From Phycisphaerales bacterium UBA5793 (GTDB lineage: Bacteria > Planctomycetota > Phycisphaerae > Phycisphaerales > UBA5793): 64,000 nt of DNA. Both the position numbers and the translations under genes were made by a program. Numbering within the stretch: position 1 is the stretch's first letter; every line of letters starts with the position of its first letter. Shown here piece after piece: positions 17,724-25,813 of the stretch. The stretch is from the NCBI GenBank assembly GCA_002418285.1, contig DIDT01000018.1, positions 90,309-154,308 of the forward strand, in the 5' to 3' direction. The notes under the pieces were generated by a model, which did no database searches, had not been told where the DNA came from, and was given only the letters and a program-made list of their open reading frames with translations.

Positions 17724-18272
17724 ATGTTGCCACCCACGGGAACGAACCTCGGCCGCCGATCCGGCTTGCGGGTCGGCGGTTTTACGCTGATTGAATTGCT
17801 GGCCGTCCTGATCGTGCTGGCGATCATCAGTGCTGTCGTCGTGCCGGCGCTGACCAACCTCAGTGCAACACGGCAGACGGCGGCAGCTTCCCGCATTCTG
17901 CGAGATCTCCAACTGGCTCGGCAGCGGGCCGTGGCTCGGGGCATTCGAACTTGGGTGGTTGTCGATGCGGGCCGGCAGCAGTACGCGCTGTTCATCGAGG
18001 ACCCGACCGCTCCCGGGCGGGTCAATCGCCAGCCCATGATCGACGAAGCGACGGGTCGACCATTCGTTGTTGCACTGAATGCCGGGGAGTGGCGCGGCGC
18101 CACGATCACTGCAGTGGACCTCGCCGGCGGAAGCGAGATTGGCTTTGACAGTCGCGGAAGACCCCTCGCCGCCGATGAGTCACTTCTGACGACAGACGGC
18201 ACGATCACTCTCTCTGGCGAGCACATGCTTCGTATCACGGCACGTACGGGGATGGTCCAGCGCGCCCAATAG
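17724..18272 (+). CDS. Minor pseudopilin (GspH-like)
   Basis: It has 'GGFTLIELLAVLIVLAIISAVVVP', a GspH-like size, and sits after gspG. Confidence 0.75.
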   Translation: MLPPTGTNLGRRSGLRVGGFTLIELLAVLIVLAIISAVVVPALTNLSATRQTAAASRILRDLQLARQRAVARGIRTWVVVDAGRQQYALFIEDPTAPGRVNRQPMIDEATGRPFVVALNAGEWRGATITAVDLAGGSEIGFDSRGRPLAADESLLTTDGTITLSGEHMLRITARTGMVQRAQ

Positions 18273-18748
18273 TGCCGAGTATTGACACAGATTCCAGGTT
18301 ATGGATGGACCACATGGTATTTCGGCTTCACCACCACGGTCGCTTCGCTTTCACGCTCATCGAGACGATCGCGGCGATCGTGATTCTCGCCATGGCGGTG
18401 CCGCCGATGATGTTCGCTCTCCGACAGGCCACGGTTGATCGCATCGATCCGATTCGGTTCTCCCAGGCACGCTGGCTCGCAACCGAATGGCTCGAAGACA
18501 TCCTCGCCGACCGTCACAGCGCCACGCGCGGCTACGACTACATCATCGAGGCAAACTACCCGCATGAGACAAGCGTGGCGTCCAATCCGGCCTTTGGCCG
18601 TCAGGTGCGCATTTTCGAAACCGGCGCCGATTTGCGAACGCCGGGCGCGGGCTACAAAACGGTCACCGTCGTGCTCACCTGGGCCGACTCGAAGGGTCGG
18701 TCACGATCACTCGAAGTCGCAACGGTGCTCACGGAGTTGGAGCCGTGA
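18272..18748 (+). CDS. Minor pseudopilin (GspI-like)
   Basis: It has 'GRFAFTLIETIAAIVILAMAVPP'. The start is GTG 18272 (overlapping the previous TAG) or ATG 18305/18314. Confidence 0.7.
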   Translation: MPSIDTDSRLWMDHMVFRLHHHGRFAFTLIETIAAIVILAMAVPPMMFALRQATVDRIDPIRFSQARWLATEWLEDILADRHSATRGYDYIIEANYPHETSVASNPAFGRQVRIFETGADLRTPGAGYKTVTVVLTWADSKGRSRSLEVATVLTELEP

Positions 18749-19305
18749 GTCGCGCCGCAACCTCGATGGTTCAGCGGCGCTTTGGCTTCAGTCTGGTTGA
18801 AGTCCTTGCGGTGATTGTCATTCTGGGCCTCATCGGCGGAGTCTCATCATCGTTGATCCTGACCAATGTTGCTGTGTTTACTGAATCGAGCATTCGCATT
18901 CAGGTGCACGGTGAAGCGAGCATGACACTGGATCGAATCGTTCGCGAGATGCGCGAAATCAATCCTGATCCGAATGCTGGTCCGCCGCAGCCGTACATCA
19001 CTCACGCAAGAACCGACTCGCTGCACTGGAACGGCTCGTGCAGACTGGAGTACATGGATGGCGCGATTCTGCTTTGCACCGACGCGATGAATAGCGACCT
19101 TCTGTGCCAGGACGTCTCCGAATTCGCGCTGGACTATCTGGATAACTCCAATCGCTCGCTGCTGGTCTCCGGAGCAGTGCCCCAGGGCGACTTGTCACGG
19201 ATTCAGCGCATCGCCATTCGCTTGAGTGTGTGTCGCCAGGGCATGACGGAGTCACTCACTTCGCGAGCGTTCATCCGGGCCGCGATGACGGGAGGGATGC
19301 CGTGA
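18745..19305 (+). CDS. Minor pseudopilin (GspJ-like)
   Basis: It has 'RRFGFSLVEVLAVIVILGLIGG'. The start overlaps the previous stop. Confidence 0.7.
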   Translation: MSRAATSMVQRRFGFSLVEVLAVIVILGLIGGVSSSLILTNVAVFTESSIRIQVHGEASMTLDRIVREMREINPDPNAGPPQPYITHARTDSLHWNGSCRLEYMDGAILLCTDAMNSDLLCQDVSEFALDYLDNSNRSLLVSGAVPQGDLSRIQRIAIRLSVCRQGMTESLTSRAFIRAAMTGGMP

Positions 19306-19709
19306 AACGAGTTGCTCTGAATTACCGCCTGCTTCGGAGTCGACGTGGAAGTGTCCTGGCCGCGGTCATTGTGCTGCTTCTCATTCTCGAGATCGCCGTC
19401 GCATCACTGCTGATGAGCAGCACGAACGAGCAAAGTGTGGGCGTCGACCGACTCGACACGGTGCGGGCGTTCTACGCGGCAGAAGCGGGAACCCAAATGG
19501 CCCTGCGCGAAATGATGCTCGGCCGCGACGAGGATGGCGATGGTGTGGTGGGTGGTGTTTCCGACGACGGCGATGCGACAACCAACCCGCGATTCGGAAA
19601 TGCGTCTGTGCACGTTATGGTAACCATCGTTGCGGGAGCGATGGTTGTGACGAGTGATGGATCTTGCGGAAAGGCGATGCGCATTGTGCAGGCAACGGTA
19701 TCCGACTGA
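19302..19709 (+). CDS. Minor pilin-like protein (GspK/PilX_N-like)
   Basis: ORF 19230..19709. GTG 19302 forms a GTGA overlap with the previous stop. It has a hydrophobic N-terminal helix 'GSVLAAVIVLLLILEIAVASLL' and a 'RAFYAAEAGTQMAL' PilX_N-like segment. Confidence 0.55.
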   Translation: MKRVALNYRLLRSRRGSVLAAVIVLLLILEIAVASLLMSSTNEQSVGVDRLDTVRAFYAAEAGTQMALREMMLGRDEDGDGVVGGVSDDGDATTNPRFGNASVHVMVTIVAGAMVVTSDGSCGKAMRIVQATVSD

Positions 19710-19757
19710 TCCTCGGAGCGAGATCAGCGAAGGGTCAGACGACTGGAGGGATCGGAC

Positions 19758-21215
19758 ATGAATGGTCGCCGAGCATTCATCACGGCACTCGCGGGACTGA
19801 TGTGCGGTGGGCCGACGTCCCGGATTCTTGCCGACGGCAGGACCTACTACGTCCGTCAAGGTGGCAGCGACCTGAGTAGCGGCCTGTCGCCCGACTCGGC
19901 CCTCCGGTCGATTCAGCGCGCAGTAGCGCTGGCGACTGGAGCAGGGAACTCGATCATCATCGGTCCCGGCGTGTACTACGAGCAGGTTCTCATAGGCAGC
20001 GGTTCGGGCTTGACCGCAAGTAGCGGAACTGAAGAGGCACCCAATACCATCATCGCTGATCTGACCGGCGCCGAGACAGGTGATGCCGCCGCACCAGTTG
20101 TCCTTGAAGGTGATGGAGTGCGCGAGTGGGGGCTGAGGATCAGCCAGCGTGATCACTGGGCCGTCAGCGGTCTGACCTTTCGCGGCCAGTCGCAGCAAGC
20201 GATCTTCATCAGTAGCGCCACGGGAATTGACGTGGAGTCCTGCACCATTCACGCGCCGTCTCGGGCCGGGATCGAAGCGAATGACTGTGCCGAAATCGTA
20301 ATCGGAGGCAACACCTTCACGCGCGATACGGATTCCGGCTCGTGCATTGTCATCGATGCTGAGAGTCGAATTGGCCGTGCTTCGCTCGACGAACAGCACG
20401 ATGGCGATGATGATCACGGGGAGCATCGAGATAGTGAAACAGAGAATCGCCGGGTCGATCGAGAGCGCAGCCACGCATGGGGTCGCTACAAGCGAAACCG
20501 ACCGGCTCCGGGTGAGACCATCGTGATTGAATCCAATCGCTTCGCCGTGCTCGGTGGGCTCTACCTGGCGTCGGACTACACCCGTGAGGAGCATGGGCGG
20601 CGCGGTCACGGCGGCGAGCGTATTAACGGGATCGACGTCAACGCACACGGCGACGGAGCGACGGTCCACATTCTCAACAACATAGGCAGCGATTGCTGCA
20701 ACGGGATCAACTTGCGATTGGAGGGCGATCACGCCACGGGGATAGTTGCCAACAATTCGCTGGCCGGTTGTTGGATTGGCATCCGCGTTTCTGGGCGGAG
20801 CGATCGGGTGCTGCTCAGCGACAACATCGTGACCCATTCGAGGTTTGCAATTGCCGCTGCGGGCCGCGGATCAAGAATGACCATCTCCGGCCTGTTGACC
20901 TTCGACATCGGCGGCGCCACCTTGCTTGGGGATGGCCCGAACTCGATCGTGGGCCACGTCGAAAACGTCGATCCGCGCTGGGTTGCGCCCGGCGCGGGCA
21001 ACTTCGCTCCTGACGCCGACTCACCTGCAATCGACGCGGGACGGGGCGCCGCCGGGCTGACAACCGACATCCGCGGCCTCTCTCGGCCATACGACGGCGA
21101 TGGCAACGGCGACGCCCATCCCGATCTGGGAGCGTACGAATACCACCCCGTAGAGGATGACGACCGCCGGTTGCGGCTGGTTGAATGGCGCGAGGTTGGG
21201 GTGCAGCGGGAGTGA
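19758..21215 (+). CDS. Right-handed parallel beta-helix repeat protein with a Tat-like signal peptide
   Basis: 'MNGRRAFITALAGL' is a twin-arginine signal. 'YYVRQGGSDLSSGLSPDSALRSIQRAV' is a DUF1565/pectate-lyase-fold N-cap. It has repeated 'I..N.F' beta-helix turns and a C-terminal 'DIRGLSRPYDGDGNGDAHPDLGAYEY'. Confidence 0.75.
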   Translation: MNGRRAFITALAGLMCGGPTSRILADGRTYYVRQGGSDLSSGLSPDSALRSIQRAVALATGAGNSIIIGPGVYYEQVLIGSGSGLTASSGTEEAPNTIIADLTGAETGDAAAPVVLEGDGVREWGLRISQRDHWAVSGLTFRGQSQQAIFISSATGIDVESCTIHAPSRAGIEANDCAEIVIGGNTFTRDTDSGSCIVIDAESRIGRASLDEQHDGDDDHGEHRDSETENRRVDRERSHAWGRYKRNRPAPGETIVIESNRFAVLGGLYLASDYTREEHGRRGHGGERINGIDVNAHGDGATVHILNNIGSDCCNGINLRLEGDHATGIVANNSLAGCWIGIRVSGRSDRVLLSDNIVTHSRFAIAAAGRGSRMTISGLLTFDIGGATLLGDGPNSIVGHVENVDPRWVAPGAGNFAPDADSPAIDAGRGAAGLTTDIRGLSRPYDGDGNGDAHPDLGAYEYHPVEDDDRRLRLVEWREVGVQRE

Positions 21216-21360
21216 TTGCGGATTACCGGTCCTGAGACAGTGTTCCTGCCGGACGAAGTCGCCCTTCGCGTGTGCCGATATGGAACTGGCTTGACCGCCC
21301 AAAACCGGTCAGGCGGCGTTACTGGATCCCGCGCGGCTGAACAGCAGATCCGGATGGATC

Positions 21361-23058
21361 GTGGAGGCAGATCGGGTGCTTCGGCTCTCCGGCCAACCGA
21401 TCATCTTCGTTATCGGCAGCGAACTGATCGAGATCTCGGTCGGTCGTGGTCGTCGCGTCGCGTGCATCCGCATGGAAGTGGATCTGCCCGATGATTCACG
21501 CGAGTGGAGTGCCGCCGTTCGTGCGCTGGCGGTGCAGTTGCGTCCGAGGCTGGCCGAGCATGGCCTCGTTCGGTCCCCCACGATCGTTCTCTACGAGAGC
21601 CCGAGCAGTTCATCGCAACTGACCAGTCTCGCCACGACCAACGACAAACAGGCGCTAGCGGCCGCGCGGCTTGCCGCGCTGGGGGCGATCGGCGCCTCTG
21701 ACGAATCTGCCATCGCCGATGCGTGTGCCGTTGGTTGTGACGCCACCGGCGATCCCCCGCGTCACCATCTCGTGGCCGCCGCCGATCAGGCAGAAGTCCT
21801 TCGGGCGGTAGCCGATCTGGTTGAGTCGGTCGGACTGATCACCGAGCGGATCGTTCCGATTGACGCCGTCGCCATGACAGACATTGTCACCCCGGCGCTT
21901 TCGCACAAGGGGCCGACACAGGGTTGGTTGCACGTCGGAGTGGAGCAGTCCTGGTTGGTTGTGGTCGGAGAGGGGCATCTGCGTCTCTTTCGACCGATCC
22001 GGTTTGGTATCGAGCATCTGACCGATGTGCTGACGCGGCCGATCTGCATCACTGGAGCGCGGGCAGAACACTGCCTGACGCAGGACCGCGCCGCCTCGCT
22101 TCTCGCCGAGCACGGAATTCCCAGCCGCGAGCGCCTGCTTGATGAAGAGTCCGGCCTCTACGGTCAGCATGTGCTGCCGTTGCTCCAACCAGTGCTTCAA
22201 CGCGTGATTGTCGAACTGAAGCAGTCGCTTCGATTCGGACTTTCTGAGTCTCATCGACGGGAGTTCTCGATGCGGCTCTGCGGCGAAGGCGCGGCCCTGC
22301 CGGGTTTGGCGACGATTCTCGGCGACGCCATCGAGTGTCGAGTCGAATCACAGCCCGTCGAGGTGACCCCGATAAGGCTGTCGTGCGGGCTTGAGGCGTC
22401 GGTCTGTCATCGCCTCGTGGCCTCCTGTCCAAACCTGCTGCCGCAGCGCACGATCGCGGCACAGATGGCCCATCGATTCAATCGCAGCATCTGGGTGGGA
22501 CTGGCTGCCGGGCTGGCGCTGCTCGCACTCGATGCCCTTCGTCTGGACGGCCTGATCGCAGAGGAGAAGAGCCGCCTCATCACAGTCAGCAATCAGTTGG
22601 ACGATGCCCAGGCACGCCTGCAGCAGCGCGAGCAGGCGCTCTCGAAGGCTGCTGCATTGCAGCGGCTGCAGAACACTTATGTGGCGGCGACAGGCTTCTC
22701 GCCCGACTACTCCGCCGTACTGCGTGAGGTGGCGCTCGCGACGCCGATGTCCATTCGACTCATTCGCATGGAGAGCGTCAACTCCCCGATGGAGGCAATC
22801 ATGGGTGACGTGGCCCCGCCGGCTACCCTTTCTCTTGACGCGTACGCGATCGGGACCGACGCCGATGAAAAGATCGCGTCCTTTGTCGGGCGCCTTCGTG
22901 CGAGTGCCCTCGTGGAATCAATCGCTCTCGGATCGACAGTGCGCAGCGAAATCGATGGACAGGCCGCCCGGAGATTCGATATCCGGATTGAACTGTGCCC
23001 TGTAGTGGTCCAGAGTTCCGGATCGCTCGTTGACGCGGAATCGAGGAGCCACCAATGA
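21361..23058 (+). CDS. GspL-like / PilM-PilN fusion assembly protein
   Basis: The N-terminal roughly 350 aa has an actin-like PilM pattern ('AEVLRAVADLVESVGLITERIVPIDAVAM'). Then 'NLLPQRTIAAQMAHRFNRSIWVGLAAGLALLAL' gives the PilN signature plus a TM, followed by a periplasmic domain. GTG start; the exact start is uncertain. Confidence 0.65.
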   Translation: MEADRVLRLSGQPIIFVIGSELIEISVGRGRRVACIRMEVDLPDDSREWSAAVRALAVQLRPRLAEHGLVRSPTIVLYESPSSSSQLTSLATTNDKQALAAARLAALGAIGASDESAIADACAVGCDATGDPPRHHLVAAADQAEVLRAVADLVESVGLITERIVPIDAVAMTDIVTPALSHKGPTQGWLHVGVEQSWLVVVGEGHLRLFRPIRFGIEHLTDVLTRPICITGARAEHCLTQDRAASLLAEHGIPSRERLLDEESGLYGQHVLPLLQPVLQRVIVELKQSLRFGLSESHRREFSMRLCGEGAALPGLATILGDAIECRVESQPVEVTPIRLSCGLEASVCHRLVASCPNLLPQRTIAAQMAHRFNRSIWVGLAAGLALLALDALRLDGLIAEEKSRLITVSNQLDDAQARLQQREQALSKAAALQRLQNTYVAATGFSPDYSAVLREVALATPMSIRLIRMESVNSPMEAIMGDVAPPATLSLDAYAIGTDADEKIASFVGRLRASALVESIALGSTVRSEIDGQAARRFDIRIELCPVVVQSSGSLVDAESRSHQ

Positions 23059-23663
23059 TTGGCGCCAGCCCGTTTCGCCGGGTGCTTCCTTCCAGCGCGG
23101 TGGTGATCGCCACACTCCTGGCGTGCTTTGTGCATTTCACTCTGCCGCGTATGGACCGACTCCGCGCGGCGCGGGCGGAGTTCGAGGCTCTTTGCCAGCG
23201 AGCTGATGATGTGGAAATCCCTTCGACTCCTGTCACAGGTCCCGACGATCAGCAGGTCGAGCATCTCGTCAACCACGTCGAGAAGCTGAACGCTGCGGTA
23301 GCAGAGCCGACGGGTGTCTACGACCAACTTGTGGAAATGGCTCGCGCGACGGAACTGCAAGTGGAGTCCATCACCCCATCTCGAGCGGAGGCGGCAGGCG
23401 GTCGACTCGATTTGTTTGGCTGGACGATGGTCGCCGTGGGATCGTTTCAGGAGGTCATCAACTTCGTTGATGCGCTCAGCGCGCAAGAGGGGATACATCG
23501 CGTCGCGTCCATTCGTCTCGCGCCCGCGATGGGAGCAACGGCTCCGTCCGATCTCACCTTTACTCTCAGCGTGGAGTACGCTCAAGTGGTCGTGCCGAAC
23601 GTGCTCAAGGTACACGCGGTCCCCGTCCCGCCGCCCGAGTTCAATCGGGAGACTCTGCCATGA
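23055..23663 (+). CDS. GspM/PilO-like assembly protein
   Basis: ATGA overlap with the previous stop. N-terminal TM, then a coiled coil ('RMDRLRAARAEFEAL'), then an alpha/beta domain. The position after the L-like gene supports the call. Confidence 0.55.
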   Translation: MIGASPFRRVLPSSAVVIATLLACFVHFTLPRMDRLRAARAEFEALCQRADDVEIPSTPVTGPDDQQVEHLVNHVEKLNAAVAEPTGVYDQLVEMARATELQVESITPSRAEAAGGRLDLFGWTMVAVGSFQEVINFVDALSAQEGIHRVASIRLAPAMGATAPSDLTFTLSVEYAQVVVPNVLKVHAVPVPPPEFNRETLP

Positions 23664-24202
23664 AACTGACAACCGTGTCGGGCCGTCACTTCGTGGGACT
23701 GGTCTCCCTTGTGGCACCGCTGCTTGTGTTTGCCATCGCAAAGATCGTCGGACTCGGGCCGCTGATGACGCATGCCCAATCGGAACCCAACACGAACGAC
23801 TCTGATGTCGAAGCGCCCGCCCGGCAAGTCGATCCACCCACCCTGGAGGCCCGATTGCAGCCGCCCGCAGAATCGACCGCCAGCCTGGCCCGGACACAGG
23901 AACTTCGCGTGCAGCCTGCGGGCGAATTCGTCAGCCCGTTCTATCAGGCCATCGCGATTGAAGAACCACCCGAGCAGCAGGTCGCGCCCGTCGAAACACC
24001 GCCGCCGCCGGCGCCGACGTTTGCACTCAGTGGCGTCATGAACAGTCGCCCGCCGATCGCAGTGATTGACGGCGATGTGCATCGCGTGGGGGATGACCTT
24101 GCCAACGGGTGGCGCATCCAATCAATCGATGCAAAGACCCTTGCCGTGACTCTCCGCCACGCGGATGGTCGGGAATATCGCTTGACGACCGGCAAACCCT
24201 GA
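23660..24202 (+). CDS. GspC/PilP-like protein
   Basis: ATGA overlap with the previous stop. N-terminal TM, a Pro-rich linker, and a C-terminal beta domain 'LSGVMNSRPPIAVIDGDVHRVGDDLANGWRIQSIDAKTLAVTL'. Confidence 0.5.
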   Translation: MKLTTVSGRHFVGLVSLVAPLLVFAIAKIVGLGPLMTHAQSEPNTNDSDVEAPARQVDPPTLEARLQPPAESTASLARTQELRVQPAGEFVSPFYQAIAIEEPPEQQVAPVETPPPPAPTFALSGVMNSRPPIAVIDGDVHRVGDDLANGWRIQSIDAKTLAVTLRHADGREYRLTTGKP

Positions 24203-24216
24203 TCGTCCAACTGTGG

Positions 24217-25731
24217 TCATGCGGGCCGTTGCGGCCGATCGGGATCAGACCACTCCAGATGGAAGAACTTGCCACGAGGTTGATCGACTCGTTCGTACGT
24301 GTGTGAGCCGAAGTAGTCTCGCTGCGCCTGCAGCAGGTTTGCCGGCAACCGCTTCGATCGATAGCTGTCGAAGTAAGCCAGCGCTGACATGAACGCGGGG
24401 CAGGGCACTCCCGCCGTCGCGGCGAGTGACACCACCTGGCGCCATGCCTGTTGACCCGCATTGATATGCCGTTTGAAGGTTCGATCGAGCAGGAGGTTGG
24501 GCAACTCGGCATTCTCTTCATACGCCGAGGCAATGCGCTGGAGAAACCGTGCTCGGATAATGCACCCGCCGCGCCAGATGCGCGAGATGGTTGCAAAGTC
24601 GAGTGACCATTTGTATTCCTTCTGGGCTTCGCGCATCAGTTGGAAGCCTTGCGCGTAGGCGCAAATCTTCGAGCAGTAGAGCGCCTGGCGGATGGCGTCG
24701 ATGAGTTCCGCTCGCGGGCCAATCGTACGTTTGGATAGGACGGCGGGTCCTTTGAGCTTCTTTGATGCGCCGACACGCTCATCTTTGATTGCGCTGATGA
24801 TGCGTGCAAACACGGCCTCGGTGATCGTGGCAGCAGGAATGCCCATGTCCAGCGCATTCACGCTCGTCCACTTTCCCGTACCCTTCTGGCCTGCAGCGTC
24901 GAGCACCGAATCAACAAACCACGCGTTCTTCTTCTGTGGATCCTTCTGGTGAAGGATGTCCGCGGTGATCTCGATGAGGTAGCTGTCGAGATCGCCCTTG
25001 TTCCACTTCGCAAACACATCGCCGATTTCCGGCGGTGACATCTCCAGCAGTGTGCTCAACAGCCAGTACGCCTCGCAAATGAGTTGCATATCAGCATATT
25101 CGATGCCGTTGTGAACCATCTTGACGTAATGCCCCGCGCCATCCGGGCCGATGTACGCCGCGCACGTTTCGCCACCTTTGACGGGCTTGCCGGGCCGAGC
25201 GCCTTCGAGCGGTCGGCCGGTCTTTGGGTTGATCTTCGCCGCGATCGCTTCCCAGATCGGCTTGAGCCGCTTCCAGCTCTTCGCATCCCCACCCGCCATG
25301 AGCGATGGGCCAAATCTTGCACCCTCAGAGCCGCCGCTTACTCCCGAGCCGAAGAACTTCAGTCGGTCGGCGTAATCGCGCTCCCGGCGGATCGTGTCTG
25401 TCCACAGCGAGTTGCCGGCGTCGACAATCAGGTCGTCCTTTGCCACACCGGCGCTGATGAGTTGATCCGTCACGCTGTCAACGGGCTTGCCCGCAGGAAC
25501 GAGCAGCACCGCAATGCGCGGTGGCTTGAGTGCAGCGACGAATTCGCCATAGGACTTGGATCCAGTCAGACCACCGGGGGTGGAAGGGTTGGTCCTGAGG
25601 AACTCATCGGTGACATCGCCGCTGCGGTTGTAGACGGCGACGTGAAAGCCGTGGTCTGCCATATTCAGCACCAGGTTCTGTCCCATGGTGCCCAGCCCAA
25701 CCAGTCCGATGTCCGCTTTGCCATTGCTCAT
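24217..25731 (-). CDS. gnd: 6-phosphogluconate dehydrogenase, decarboxylating
   Basis: [29 protein letters not shown]... (Rossmann), plus '[21 protein letters not shown]' and '[13 protein letters not shown]'. Start set at ATG 25731. Confidence 0.95.
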   Translation of the reverse strand: MSNGKADIGLVGLGTMGQNLVLNMADHGFHVAVYNRSGDVTDEFLRTNPSTPGGLTGSKSYGEFVAALKPPRIAVLLVPAGKPVDSVTDQLISAGVAKDDLIVDAGNSLWTDTIRRERDYADRLKFFGSGVSGGSEGARFGPSLMAGGDAKSWKRLKPIWEAIAAKINPKTGRPLEGARPGKPVKGGETCAAYIGPDGAGHYVKMVHNGIEYADMQLICEAYWLLSTLLEMSPPEIGDVFAKWNKGDLDSYLIEITADILHQKDPQKKNAWFVDSVLDAAGQKGTGKWTSVNALDMGIPAATITEAVFARIISAIKDERVGASKKLKGPAVLSKRTIGPRAELIDAIRQALYCSKICAYAQGFQLMREAQKEYKWSLDFATISRIWRGGCIIRARFLQRIASAYEENAELPNLLLDRTFKRHINAGQQAWRQVVSLAATAGVPCPAFMSALAYFDSYRSKRLPANLLQAQRDYFGSHTYERVDQPRGKFFHLEWSDPDRPQRPA

Positions 25732-25813
25732 GATCGATGCCTCCACTCGGGCCAAGAAACTGCGCCGGAAGGGGAGTCTAGTCGATGAGACAGCGCGAGC
25801 GACCGGTAGACGG

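Noticed and set aside
20385-20520. Possible frameshift or pseudogene at the charged insert of the beta-helix gene
   Set aside because: A single uninterrupted frame spans it, and beta-helix repeat motifs resume in the same frame on both sides. No alternative + frame ORF covers the flanks.
19404-20837. 477-aa ORF on the - strand
   Set aside because: It is antisense to the beta-helix gene, which has a Tat signal, an N-cap and repeat motifs. The antisense product has none.
22707-23897. 396-aa ORF on the - strand
   Set aside because: It is antisense to three translationally coupled assembly genes (the ATGA overlaps on the + strand support those). Its composition is Arg/Ser-rich.
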